From IMG/VR virus record IMGVR_UViG_3300009155_000035: a stretch of 64,000 nt of DNA; one strand, 5' to 3'. Position 1 is the stretch's first letter; each line of letters begins with the position of its first letter. The translations under genes and the position numbers were made by a program. The notes under the pieces are model-generated. The model saw only the letters and a list, made by a program, of their open reading frames with translations. It did no database searches and had not been told where the DNA came from. Source of the stretch: a virus. Lineage: Duplodnaviria > Caudoviricetes. Positions 43,160 through 53,498 of this stretch are shown here, one piece after another.

Positions 43160-44357
43160 AATCAATTAAAAAGGCCAATTCAGGGGCAACATCACATAGG
43201 TTTTGATTTCTACGTTGATCCACTAGACGAATGTTGTCTCTTAACACACGCCCACTGTCGGTTGCACCATTTGTCATGAAATCAACAATGCGGTCAAATT
43301 CCTCACGATATTGATCGGGAATCTGTGCATTGCGTAAATGATATCTAATACCTTGCTTGGCCTTTTCAGGCAAGGAAGCAATAGAGAAATACCAAGCATC
43401 GTGCATCATGTTCCAGTACACAAAGTCAAAATCCTGTGTCACAATCCAACGAGCCACTTGATCCAAGTAGCATATATTAAACACATTCACAGTGGTACAG
43501 CATTGCAGTCTAAGTCCGGGTATGCTGTGTTTCAAGTCTTGGAAACGACGAATGTTGTGTTCAACTTCGTGCCAACGAGCGTTTGTACGTTGATATTCAA
43601 ACCGTGCGCCTAGATCATCTATGCTAAATGCCACTTCCACTGTGCGAAAATGACGCCAAATTTCTGCAGCCTGTTCAGGAAACACAGTGCCATTTGTATT
43701 GTAATGTATTTCTACATTTTGTGCAATACCACGATTTACAATGCCCTGTAACATCGCAAAGTGTTCGGCAATTAAAAATGGCTCGCCGCCAGTGAATTCA
43801 ATATAGCGTATGTCTGACAGATTGTTTTCAATTTCCTGCCAAAACTGCGGACTGGATCTGGGCCAGGCGCCTGCACGTAGCATGTTGTGATGAAAGGTGC
43901 CACGACGTTGATCCGATGGCAATGCTTGTAGTTCCTCTGTGGCATATTGACTTGAACTCCAGGATCCGCAAATGCGGCATTTTAAATTGCAGATATTGCC
44001 CAACTTGAGATCCAAAAACATCAAAGGTCGTGCATCTACTGTCCAAGGTTGATCTTGCACAATATGCTTGAGTCGCTCCAAGGTGTGCATGCGTTTGCTG
44101 GTACGCCCACTATCTTCTTCGGCCCAACAGCGTCTACAGGTTTCTGGCTGTACACCATCAAGAAACTGCTGTCGCAAAGTTTGCATGTCACTGCTGTGTC
44201 TTATGGTGTCAAAACTGGCGGTGGCCAGTTCAAACTTGTTGCCGGCATCATCACACAGCTCATGATCAGCCAGACAGCAGGGGCGTACAGTGCCAATAGG
44301 TGAAGCTTCCATGCTGATCCAGGGCAAAACACAGAATTTAGAGTGTGGTAATTTCAT
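43146..44357 (-). CDS. Radical SAM protein with N-terminal twitch/SPASM-like Cys cluster
   Basis: CVLPW..PCC..CRRC; NICNLKCRIC; TGGEP. Confidence 0.88.
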   Translation of the reverse strand: MKLPHSKFCVLPWISMEASPIGTVRPCCLADHELCDDAGNKFELATASFDTIRHSSDMQTLRQQFLDGVQPETCRRCWAEEDSGRTSKRMHTLERLKHIVQDQPWTVDARPLMFLDLKLGNICNLKCRICGSWSSSQYATEELQALPSDQRRGTFHHNMLRAGAWPRSSPQFWQEIENNLSDIRYIEFTGGEPFLIAEHFAMLQGIVNRGIAQNVEIHYNTNGTVFPEQAAEIWRHFRTVEVAFSIDDLGARFEYQRTNARWHEVEHNIRRFQDLKHSIPGLRLQCCTTVNVFNICYLDQVARWIVTQDFDFVYWNMMHDAWYFSIASLPEKAKQGIRYHLRNAQIPDQYREEFDRIVDFMTNGATDSGRVLRDNIRLVDQRRNQNLCDVAPELAFLIDYDKT

Positions 44358-45619
44358 AAAAGAGCCTGTAATTCCGGCAGTGCATTTTGCCAATGCTCAT
44401 TTCGAATCGAATCCAACTCATGTGTTTTACGCCAGAATGAATCAATTAAATGAGTATTGTCTGTGGCATTCATAAACGTGATAGCTGATTCAAACCCCAC
44501 TGTGGCACGATTTAGAGGATCACGACCAGACAACCAATTGTCTATATGATCTCGATAACGTGCAGTTAGCCGAGCTTTGTATTCTGCAGGTGCTATATCT
44601 ATTCTATAGTATGCAGGGTCTTGCAGAATGTTTACATTTAGATCCTGCGCACGTATTAATCCAGCAGCCGTCCACTCACGGTGAAAGCTGGGCAGGTGCC
44701 AGGCGTTTAATATGCTCAGTGTGGGGCTGATATAAAAGTCCACACCTGGACAAATTCTCAGCATGTCATGACGATTTTTTACAACATCAGCCCACCGAGT
44801 ACCTTTGCGTATGTATTCAGCAGGATGACCCATGCCATCTAGACTGGCTCCCACAGCAACACTTTTGAATTCACGCCAGTACTCAAACACACTTTGACCT
44901 TTTAAATCGGTGTGTGTAAAGTTTGTATTGTATATCAGTCTGACGTCATCACGTCCTCGGCTCAATAACTCTTTGAGAATACGATAGTGCTCTTCCATCA
45001 ACAATGGCTCACCGCCAGCAAAATAGATTTGCTCTACATAGTCCAAATGGGGTTCTAGCTGTTCCCACATGTCTGTTTCTGTACGGCCAGCATAGTTTAG
45101 CACAGTGTTACGGTCCTTCCAGTCACCGCCGGCCAATTTGGCTTGATCTTGATACCATTGGCTACTGAAAATATGCCCACAACTGCGACATTTCAGGTTG
45201 CAAAGATTGCTGAAACGAATATCCCAGTATGTCATTTCAAAAGGATTTGTTTCTAGTTTTTTGATATGGTGCCCGTGATGCTTGTTGGCTGATTTTCGTC
45301 CACTAAAGAATCCTGACTGTTCCTGTTCATAGCAACGTGTGCAGGCCGGATGTGGTGTTTCACTCAGCATATCTTCTCGTAGCTGTTGCATGGGTTCGCC
45401 ACGCCATATTTGTTCCAGCGTGTGTGTGCGACAATTGCCCACAACGCCAGGTTTCATTTCGGCGTGACAGCAGGGATATGCTTCGCCTGTGGGGTAAGCA
45501 TGTAGGTGTATCCAGGGATAGATGCAAAAGGTTTTGGAATCTCGTAATAAAAATTCCTCACGTTCAGTCAGTTCAATTGGACGAACTAGATCTGCTGAAT
45601 TATAATTGTATTGAGTCAT
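44354..45619 (-). CDS. Radical SAM protein with N-terminal twitch/SPASM-like Cys cluster
   Basis: CIYPW..PCC..CTRC; NLCNLKCRSC; AGGEP. Confidence 0.88.
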   Translation of the reverse strand: MTQYNYNSADLVRPIELTEREEFLLRDSKTFCIYPWIHLHAYPTGEAYPCCHAEMKPGVVGNCRTHTLEQIWRGEPMQQLREDMLSETPHPACTRCYEQEQSGFFSGRKSANKHHGHHIKKLETNPFEMTYWDIRFSNLCNLKCRSCGHIFSSQWYQDQAKLAGGDWKDRNTVLNYAGRTETDMWEQLEPHLDYVEQIYFAGGEPLLMEEHYRILKELLSRGRDDVRLIYNTNFTHTDLKGQSVFEYWREFKSVAVGASLDGMGHPAEYIRKGTRWADVVKNRHDMLRICPGVDFYISPTLSILNAWHLPSFHREWTAAGLIRAQDLNVNILQDPAYYRIDIAPAEYKARLTARYRDHIDNWLSGRDPLNRATVGFESAITFMNATDNTHLIDSFWRKTHELDSIRNEHWQNALPELQALL

Positions 45620-46970
45620 ACCATTCTGCCAAGTCTGTAAATGTCATTTTAAAGTTTTTGTTTCTACGTTGATCATACTGTGAATAAAAACTTTTAAAAT
45701 CTCTGCGTAGTTCATCTGCTTGTGCAGGATCCACAAAATTTGATTCAGTGTTGTTCAAGAACTCCACCAAGCGTTCAATGTGTCCAATTTCCATGTCGTT
45801 TAATGCATCACGACGTGAACTGGTGAGCCAGGTCTGCAGTCGTTCAGCGGCTGCATGGCGCAGATCATCGGGTAGCACCAAGGGGCTTTGAAAGTGTGGG
45901 AAACGCAGGATGTTTAGTGTAAAGTAAAATCTATCCTGGCCATGACGCTGTTTGATATCCACACACCAGTCTAGATAATCAGTTAGATTCAACACGCTCA
46001 CTGCATTGATTGTACACATGCTATGCACACCTTGTGGCACACCGGACTCCAGTAGTTTTTCCACGTTTGCGGTCCATTTGTTCCAGTCCAGGCCATCACG
46101 TAGGTATTCAGCCTGTGCACCGATGTTTTCACAACTGGAATAAACGTGAAATTCTTTTAATCCTCGGCAGCTTTCAATCAATCGATCAATCAATTCGTCC
46201 TTGGCCATTAGATTGGTATTGACTGCAAAGTAAAGATCTTGATTTATTGTTTTGGTACGGAACCAGTCCAGCAGTTTCCATGTGTGGCGACTCATCAATG
46301 GCTCGCCACCGGTTAGTCGCAAATGTGTCAGTGTACGATGTAAGTCAGCTTCCCACCATTTAAAAAAGGCCTGCACATAGGGATTGTCTTCGGCTTCGTC
46401 GTAGCGTCCTGCGTGTTCGTGTGCATGCCCATAATGATTTTGTCCGTCACGGCCCAGTTGTATGTAACGACCATTTTGTTTGATATCTCTAGCCCAGGCA
46501 GTGCTAAATGCAGGATTACAGTAACTACAGGCTAGATTACAAGTGCGGTCAAAGCTGATTTCCAAATAGCGTAGATCAAAGTCACGATCAGTGTCGCTGT
46601 TGACAGCATCAGCCAGGAGTTCATCTGTGTACAGCACACTCTTGTACACACGATCACTCACAGACTCTTCTCCAAGATCTTCAATGCGCCAACAGTAATC
46701 ACACCCCGAACAGCGCACACCGTCTTTCATTTCCTGGCGCTCTTGTTTTTTTCTAGGTGTGTTGCTGAGAGCCTTGTAGTTGTCCTGTACTTCTTGTTCA
46801 CTCACAAAGTGAGGCAACGGGTGATGACAGCTGGTGGTCATGCCCGAGTTCAACCATATGGTGGCATAGTACCATTTTGCGCCGCAGAATGTTGAACTCT
46901 TGGGGTCAAGTACTCGTCGACGATAGTTTAGAAAACTCTCACCGGGTTTTAGGTGTTGGTCAGAACTCAT
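45600..46970 (-). CDS. Radical SAM protein (AKW..SCxH subtype)
   Basis: CGAKW..SCHH..CDYC; TCNLACSYC; TGGEP. Confidence 0.88.
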   Translation of the reverse strand: MSSDQHLKPGESFLNYRRRVLDPKSSTFCGAKWYYATIWLNSGMTTSCHHPLPHFVSEQEVQDNYKALSNTPRKKQERQEMKDGVRCSGCDYCWRIEDLGEESVSDRVYKSVLYTDELLADAVNSDTDRDFDLRYLEISFDRTCNLACSYCNPAFSTAWARDIKQNGRYIQLGRDGQNHYGHAHEHAGRYDEAEDNPYVQAFFKWWEADLHRTLTHLRLTGGEPLMSRHTWKLLDWFRTKTINQDLYFAVNTNLMAKDELIDRLIESCRGLKEFHVYSSCENIGAQAEYLRDGLDWNKWTANVEKLLESGVPQGVHSMCTINAVSVLNLTDYLDWCVDIKQRHGQDRFYFTLNILRFPHFQSPLVLPDDLRHAAAERLQTWLTSSRRDALNDMEIGHIERLVEFLNNTESNFVDPAQADELRRDFKSFYSQYDQRRNKNFKMTFTDLAEWYDSIQL

Positions 46971-47349
46971 TGGATATTCCTAGGTATTGGGATAAAATCT
47001 TAGTAAAAGATGCACTGTTAAATGTCAGGCTCCAGCGGCCATTTAAATTGATATCAGTACAGGGTTGTATTTCGGGGTAGTCGGGGTGATCTGTGGTGTA
47101 CACCCCTTGGTACAACAACGGGGTTATTTCTACATAGTCCAGAAACATGCGAGTCAAACGCACAGTCATATCGGGATATTGCACAGCATCCTTGCCTTCA
47201 AAATCAATTCTTATGATATTTTCCGGCATGAAATTAAATTCACATGTGATATCTTGACCTTGAACTTGTGCCCAAACATCGTTGACCCGGGCCGCGATTT
47301 GCCAGGGATATATGGTGTCAGAAAGTACAATGGTTAATTTGTGGCGCAT
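46960..47349 (-). CDS. Hypothetical radical-SAM-associated protein (paralog family, copy 3)
   Basis: IRIDFEGK...DINLNGRWSLTFNS. Confidence 0.6.
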   Translation of the reverse strand: MRHKLTIVLSDTIYPWQIAARVNDVWAQVQGQDITCEFNFMPENIIRIDFEGKDAVQYPDMTVRLTRMFLDYVEITPLLYQGVYTTDHPDYPEIQPCTDINLNGRWSLTFNSASFTKILSQYLGISNEF

Positions 47350-47981
47350 GTCATTATGATTAAACCAAAACGTCTTTGGTGTCGTGGAAAATAACCCCCG
47401 CAGTGAAAGTTACGACGCGGCCAAGTCACAGCCGCACGGGGCTGCCAGGACAACACAGAGTCAACATGCAGGCCACGCAAACCATCGCGAGACAAATGAC
47501 GCAGGTACTGCTGATAAAACTCATCTGTGATGTGCATTTCACGGTCTGGCAAATATTCCTGCGGATTGGCCTGACGATAATGCACGATTCCAGCATTGTC
47601 CATGCCAGTGTGTGCATTAAATGTTATGGCTTCTTCGTGTGTTTCTTTAAATACTATTGTGTGTTGATCACCATGATAATCCAGTGGGATTAAATATGTA
47701 CGACTGATAATTTCTGGGAAACCCTGTATCCACCCGTCGCTGTGTACTCCCCCGGGCAAGTAATCATCACTGAGATATGCTGTGGATATATCAAAATTTT
47801 GCTCATAAGGATTGATTAATTCTCGCAACTTAGTGTATAATTGTTGAGTCCAGGGCAATCGATGATGCAAGAATGCCCGATATTTTTGTCCAGTGTCAAC
47901 TCGGTCCGGTAAATGATTCCAGTACCAAAGCAACCAGTCCCGAAATTCAGCATCAATAAAATTGGGATAGATATTAGTCAA
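47334..47981 (-). CDS. Putative 2OG-Fe(II) dioxygenase-like protein
   Basis: HxD (VHSDG), distal His (NFHCG) and Arg (RRFG); start codon uncertain. Confidence 0.5.
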   Translation of the reverse strand: MTNIYPNFIDAEFRDWLLWYWNHLPDRVDTGQKYRAFLHHRLPWTQQLYTKLRELINPYEQNFDISTAYLSDDYLPGGVHSDGWIQGFPEIISRTYLIPLDYHGDQHTIVFKETHEEAITFNAHTGMDNAGIVHYRQANPQEYLPDREMHITDEFYQQYLRHLSRDGLRGLHVDSVLSWQPRAAVTWPRRNFHCGGYFPRHQRRFGLIIMTCATN

Positions 47982-47995
47982 TTAAATAAAGTCCA

Positions 47996-49465
47996 ATGTT
48001 AGACATCCTTTTTCTAAATGTTCCCTTAATGAGTCTTGGATACCCTGCGGCTGGTACTGCACTGCTAGCAGGTACATGTAAAAGAAACGGATTTAGTGCC
48101 AATGTCATTGATTTAAATTATACACTTTTTGAACAACATGGTCAAGATGTTTATGACAGTATTGCTGAGTATTTGACCTTGTCCGGCGATATCGCCGGGG
48201 ATGTTGAATATTTATATCGTGCATTCTTGGCAAGCACAGTAAATCAAATTCAAAATTTGCAACCCCGTTATTTAGGCATCAGTGTGTTTACATTTGAATG
48301 CCAAAAGTTCACACAGGATCTATGTCAATCTCTACGTGATACTGGTTACACCGGAGACATTTTTCTAGGAGGAGCAGGTCTAAGTACCACAGGTATTGCC
48401 AACAAAATTGCAGATTTTGGCGAACACATGGTCAGCCAAGGTCTGGTCAATCACTACATACGCGGCGAGGGCGATGAAATCATATTGGACATACTGCGCA
48501 ATGGTTTCCCCGAAGATCGTGGGAAGGTGTACAAGATAACCAACATTGATCGTATTGAGTTGCCGGATTATACCAGTGTGATCAACAACAACTATCACTG
48601 GCCAGGTAATACACCCACCTTGCCCATTACTGGCAGTCGTGGATGCGTGCGAGCATGTACCTTTTGTGACATTCACAAATTCTGGCCCAGATTTGAATAT
48701 CGGCGTGGCGCCAGTGTAGCACAAGAAATGATTGAAATGCATGCTGCCACAGGTGTGCGTAATTTTATCTTTATGGACAGCTTGATCAATGGCAGCATAA
48801 AAAGCTTTAGAGAAATGTGTCGTCATTTGGTAGACCATTATAGAATGAACAATTTGCCCGATGCGTATTTTACCTGGGGTGGGCAGTTTATATGCCGTGG
48901 CAGTCGGCAGTTTAAAGAGTCTGACTTTGAGCTTGCGGCACAGGCCGGAATGACTGGTGTGGCAATTGGTGTTGAAACCGGCAGTGACAGTGTGCGGGCT
49001 CACATGCGCAAGGGCTTTACAAACGAGGATCTAGACTTTACTCTGCGTTGTTTGAGTCGTTATCGTCTCAACTGTTACTTTTTGATGATTGTGGGCTACC
49101 CCACTGAGACCTGGCAGGATTTCCTAGACACTGTTCACATGTTTGAACGCTATGAGCCTTACTGCCGAGATGGCACAATACTGGGCGTGAATCTAGGCGG
49201 CACCTTGAGTCTAGATGCTGGCACTGACCTGGTGGAACGTGCCAATGAACTTGCCTTGCACAATGTGTCACACACGCACGAAGCTGTGTTTGGTATTGAT
49301 TGGATTTCAGATAAAAATCCCGACCTTGACTTGCATGAACGCATCACACGCAGAATACTACTACAGGAAAGATTAATGGATTTAAATTACAGCATCTGGA
49401 ACGGTGATCATCAATTGAAAAGACTGATTGCAGCCTGGGAACGAGTACAAAATGGAAAATATTAA
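47996..49465 (+). CDS. Cobalamin-binding radical SAM protein
   Basis: FLGGAG; GEGDE; SRGCVRACTFCD; IGVETGSD. Confidence 0.88.
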   Translation: MLDILFLNVPLMSLGYPAAGTALLAGTCKRNGFSANVIDLNYTLFEQHGQDVYDSIAEYLTLSGDIAGDVEYLYRAFLASTVNQIQNLQPRYLGISVFTFECQKFTQDLCQSLRDTGYTGDIFLGGAGLSTTGIANKIADFGEHMVSQGLVNHYIRGEGDEIILDILRNGFPEDRGKVYKITNIDRIELPDYTSVINNNYHWPGNTPTLPITGSRGCVRACTFCDIHKFWPRFEYRRGASVAQEMIEMHAATGVRNFIFMDSLINGSIKSFREMCRHLVDHYRMNNLPDAYFTWGGQFICRGSRQFKESDFELAAQAGMTGVAIGVETGSDSVRAHMRKGFTNEDLDFTLRCLSRYRLNCYFLMIVGYPTETWQDFLDTVHMFERYEPYCRDGTILGVNLGGTLSLDAGTDLVERANELALHNVSHTHEAVFGIDWISDKNPDLDLHERITRRILLQERLMDLNYSIWNGDHQLKRLIAAWERVQNGKY

Positions 49466-49955
49466 ACTAACACTGGGCTACACAGCTGGATACTGCAATG
49501 GCTGGCCCTTGATCAATGTATATGTGAACAATCAGTGGGTGGATGCTTTTGAAGCCAACGGCAGCGAACATGTTGTTGACCTGTGCCTGGATCCTGGGCC
49601 AGTGCAGTTGACCATAGAGCACTGGGGCAAAAATCCCATCACAGACAGTGAACCCACTGACAAGTTTTTTGCACTAGAACATGTGGAACTAGCACATGTG
49701 GTATGTGACTTTTTGTTGCCCAATACAACCAAAACAATCAAACCCGATCCTTGGAGCAAACAATACCAAGTGACACAGGGCGATAACTATCTAGGACACA
49801 ATGGCACACTGAGTTTTAGATTTGATAGTCCATTGGCCGACTGGCTCAAGACTCGTCAACAAGGCAACGATCAGCCCATGAGTGGTCAAGAAACCACTCG
49901 ACACATGTTGGAACATGCTCGTCGTGTGTTCAAGATCGAACGTTCTTTGAAATAA
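49452..49955 (+). CDS. Hypothetical radical-SAM-associated protein (paralog family, copy 4)
   Basis: CNGWPLINVYVNN...YLGHNGTLSFRFDSP. Confidence 0.7.
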   Translation: MENIKLTLGYTAGYCNGWPLINVYVNNQWVDAFEANGSEHVVDLCLDPGPVQLTIEHWGKNPITDSEPTDKFFALEHVELAHVVCDFLLPNTTKTIKPDPWSKQYQVTQGDNYLGHNGTLSFRFDSPLADWLKTRQQGNDQPMSGQETTRHMLEHARRVFKIERSLK

Positions 49956-51093
49956 AGTTCATGAACTCTTGAGGAAATTCGCGAGATACCTGTTGTCCGT
50001 ATTCCAGCAGCCGTTGCTGATTGTGCTCACATATTGACCTTGACGCTGACAAAAAGCTTGCAAGATCCTGACAACATAAGTCTTCTATTACCTGTGCTTG
50101 GCGTACAAATCGAGTGTATGGACTAGGTATTTCATCAAAGCTTTCATCAATCAAGCTGTCAAATGTTTTAAATCCTAGATTTCGTATGTCTTGATAAAAG
50201 CCATGATTGGCCACAGCGATCCAAGGATGTCCCATCATGATAGGCTTCCATATTTTTTCTGTAAAGAACGAGTGTCGAGACTCGTACACAGTTTCTGTTA
50301 CTAGACTAAAGTAAGTGTCAATATAGGGTTCGGGCTTTAAATAAATTTCGCCCCATTCATTATTGAACAAATCATATTTGACAAAATTATCGTTTTCCAA
50401 TGACAAATTTTTCTGTGTACGATGTGCGTAACGATCAAATTCATAATATGGGTCGAGTACTTTGATTACCTCTTCTTTTTGCATTAAATCAACACCATCC
50501 ACTGTCAATGGCAACCGTGTGGGTCCAACCACGCCCATGGTACTCAAACAAGTGTACAGACTTTGTTCCAGCAAGCCAGTCTGGCGCATGCGAGCCAACA
50601 TCCACTTACGATGTTGTCTATGCCGACCGTTGAGAAACAAAAATTTATAGGGCTTTTTAGTCTTTTCGAATATCTCAGGTGTTCGTTTTATTGCTTCAAA
50701 GTTTTCAGAAAATTGCAATATATCGTGTGCAAAGCGATCAAACTTATGATAGCGGAAATACGGCTCCATGTCGCCGCCGGTGAGCAAGAGTATCTTTCCA
50801 GACTCTGCTAGATCTTGTATGTTGTGTCTAATTAACTGCCCGTGCATGGTACTTGATCCTTCCCAAGGGTTGGAAAATACCACAGTTATATTGTGCTGAT
50901 CAATAAGCTCTCGTACTCGTTGATTGTTCTTTTCCATCCAGGGTCTACCTATTAGGTACACTGCACCCGGATGTACAATATCTCGTTCGATGTCATCAAA
51001 CTCACCGTCAGCATAGGGTTTGACTAGGTCATACACTTCGCATGCACGATTTACAATCAATTTAAAGCTTTTTTGCATATTGTTCACATTCAT
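49930..51093 (-). CDS. Putative glycosyltransferase (TEKxxKP family, copy 3)
   Basis: LVTETV...FFTEKIWKPIMMGHPW...GFKTFDSLIDESFD. Confidence 0.55.
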   Translation of the reverse strand: MNVNNMQKSFKLIVNRACEVYDLVKPYADGEFDDIERDIVHPGAVYLIGRPWMEKNNQRVRELIDQHNITVVFSNPWEGSSTMHGQLIRHNIQDLAESGKILLLTGGDMEPYFRYHKFDRFAHDILQFSENFEAIKRTPEIFEKTKKPYKFLFLNGRHRQHRKWMLARMRQTGLLEQSLYTCLSTMGVVGPTRLPLTVDGVDLMQKEEVIKVLDPYYEFDRYAHRTQKNLSLENDNFVKYDLFNNEWGEIYLKPEPYIDTYFSLVTETVYESRHSFFTEKIWKPIMMGHPWIAVANHGFYQDIRNLGFKTFDSLIDESFDEIPSPYTRFVRQAQVIEDLCCQDLASFLSASRSICEHNQQRLLEYGQQVSREFPQEFMNFISKNVRS

Positions 51094-52441
51094 TCCACCA
51101 CGCAGTCATTTCAGGGAATGTCTCTAGGAAGTTGGTGTTTCTACGTCGGTCATGCTCGCTAAAAAAACGATAAAAGTCGGCTTTGGCCACCGAGTTGTCT
51201 TGCCGTTGCCCTTCACGCATCCAGGCAATATCCCTGCGTAGGCGTTGTACTTCGTAGTCTTTGAATCCTTGAAATGGATTGTCAGCAGTTTCTAAGTTTT
51301 GTTCCATCCAGTCTGCTGTGCGTTCTAAGACCGATGCATAGCTTTCGGGCAGTATTTGCAGACTCTGCCAGGCTGGGGTCCTAAGCACAGGTGTATCAAA
51401 CCACACACGTTGGTATGTTTTACTGTGTTCCTTGCGCAACATCAAGATCCATTCCATGAGATTCTGGAACCCAATAACGCTTAGATTATTCATTGTAACA
51501 ATAAATGTCAAACTGTTGCGATATGGAATTTCTGAGAGATATCGTGTTACATAGTTATAGAAACGAGGCCAAGAAAGCCCGTGTCTAATGTATTCAGCTT
51601 GCAGTATGCGTCCGGTGTCCAAGCTAACGTACTGCATGAAATGCTCAATGCGCCCGTCACATAGCTGTTTTACTTTGCCAAGGTATGATTCAAACAATTC
51701 AGGTTCTACACTGAAGTTACTGGTTACATTCAAATGCAGTTTGCTACTGGGGTTATTTAACACATAGTCAAACACACGGTGGGTGTTGCGATCCATGAGT
51801 GGTTCGCCGCCGGTCATTCTAAAATGCTCAAGCTGGGGATACAATGTGGGCCACCACTGCCAAAATGCTTCTACATAGGGGTTGTGTTCTCTGTTGAGAA
51901 TGGGTCGTCTATCCCCAACAAAATAATCCGGGTTATTGTGTGGCACTGCGGTAGGATACGCACCTTGACTCTTGGCCTCATACATCCAGGTACTGCTGAA
52001 CTGTGGGCTACAGTAGCTACATGCTAGATTGCAGGCATGATTAAAATTTACTTCCACATAACTGGGCACAACTCCGGTTTCGTCGCCAGTGGAATTGCGT
52101 ATCTGTTCAAAGTCCTGTGCGGCCCAGGGCTCACCTGACCTATAGTGTCGGTCACTCATTTTGCCAAGGTCTTCCATGTTCCAACAGTAGGAACATTCTG
52201 CAGGACGCTCGTTGCGCAACATAATTCGTCGCTGTTGTTTCTTGTGTGGCGTATTGTGCAGTTGGTCAGGGTGTTGTTCAAGACCTTCTACAGGTATTTT
52301 GTGCAAGGGTGGATGATAGCATGAGTTGTTCATGCCTGTGGTTAGATGTAGGCTAACCTGTTTCCACTTTGCCAAACACAGTGCAGGCCCCAATTGGTCT
52401 TTCATTTCTTCAGCTGACGTTAAAAATTTGCTTTTACTCAT
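51062..52441 (-). CDS. Radical SAM protein (AKW..SCxH subtype)
   Basis: CLAKW..SCYH..CSYC; ACNLACSYC; paralog of 45600-46970. Confidence 0.88.
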   Translation of the reverse strand: MSKSKFLTSAEEMKDQLGPALCLAKWKQVSLHLTTGMNNSCYHPPLHKIPVEGLEQHPDQLHNTPHKKQQRRIMLRNERPAECSYCWNMEDLGKMSDRHYRSGEPWAAQDFEQIRNSTGDETGVVPSYVEVNFNHACNLACSYCSPQFSSTWMYEAKSQGAYPTAVPHNNPDYFVGDRRPILNREHNPYVEAFWQWWPTLYPQLEHFRMTGGEPLMDRNTHRVFDYVLNNPSSKLHLNVTSNFSVEPELFESYLGKVKQLCDGRIEHFMQYVSLDTGRILQAEYIRHGLSWPRFYNYVTRYLSEIPYRNSLTFIVTMNNLSVIGFQNLMEWILMLRKEHSKTYQRVWFDTPVLRTPAWQSLQILPESYASVLERTADWMEQNLETADNPFQGFKDYEVQRLRRDIAWMREGQRQDNSVAKADFYRFFSEHDRRRNTNFLETFPEMTAWWNECEQYAKKL

Positions 52442-53498
52442 TGATCAATTGTAATAGTTTTGAGGCGAAGTTAATACCAGGCAATTGCCTTTTATGTACT
52501 TGTGTTAGCATATTCCGGCATGCTTGATGTTCTGGGTGACTGGGGTTTAATACATCATTGTTTCCAAATGTGCCATTTTTAATTTCCCAGATATCTGGAG
52601 TTGGACTTGGGTTCTGGTTCCATGTGCCCCAGTCATCTAGTTGTGTAAAGTTGCCGTTGAATCCAAAGCGAACACACATTTCAGCAAAGTTTTGCATATC
52701 ACGATAGTTGTTACGTTGTACCACAAAAGACAACAGCACTGCGGCACGGCCACGATTTTCTTTAAGATATTTAAAATTTTCTTGAAGTACTGACCAGGAG
52801 CCACCGCGTCGTACATCATGATATACTTCTGCTGATCCAGCGTCAACACTGATCATGTACAGTGTTATTTGTTTTTGTATTGCTGTTTTACTCAACTGTT
52901 TTTTAATCAGCAAGCCATTTGTAAACAGTGTAAACGTTTGAGTGGGCTTGCCTTGGTATGAGTGTAGCAAAGGCCTGTAGATATGGCTGGCCATTGGATC
53001 GCCACTGGTTGACAATGTTATGTGTATGCGCTCTTCAAATTTATTTAATAAATTCACAGTGTGTTCAACAGCCGCAAGCTTTTGTTCAAACACCGGTCCT
53101 GAACTGTACATTATGGGTTCACGACGACAACTGGGGCAATGTAAATTGCAACTGTCATCGATACCAAAGTTTAATTGATACTTGGTTTCGTTGTAGTTTT
53201 GGTTCAATATGCCGCAATGTTCGACTGCACACCAGGTATACTTTTTTTCAGTTATACTATCCTGTATAGTATGTGCAATAGGGTTATCCCATACTTGTTC
53301 AAGGCTATTAAAGTCAGTTATTTTACCAACTGGCACTGGCAACCAGCCATCACATGTACACAGCAAGCAATTGCTGTCAGAATCAATCGCCACCACTTTC
53401 CAGGGACGATTGCAACTGTTTGGTATTGGTTCAGGGTAGTCGTTGCCGCGTGGCAATACCTGAAGTTTATAGCTATATCGGTCGGACAAATTAAACAT
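52434..53498 (-). CDS. Radical SAM protein with N-terminal Cys cluster
   Basis: CNRPW..CTC..C; SCNLHCPSC; SGDP. Confidence 0.85.
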   Translation of the reverse strand: MFNLSDRYSYKLQVLPRGNDYPEPIPNSCNRPWKVVAIDSDSNCLLCTCDGWLPVPVGKITDFNSLEQVWDNPIAHTIQDSITEKKYTWCAVEHCGILNQNYNETKYQLNFGIDDSCNLHCPSCRREPIMYSSGPVFEQKLAAVEHTVNLLNKFEERIHITLSTSGDPMASHIYRPLLHSYQGKPTQTFTLFTNGLLIKKQLSKTAIQKQITLYMISVDAGSAEVYHDVRRGGSWSVLQENFKYLKENRGRAAVLLSFVVQRNNYRDMQNFAEMCVRFGFNGNFTQLDDWGTWNQNPSPTPDIWEIKNGTFGNNDVLNPSHPEHQACRNMLTQVHKRQLPGINFASKLLQLINE

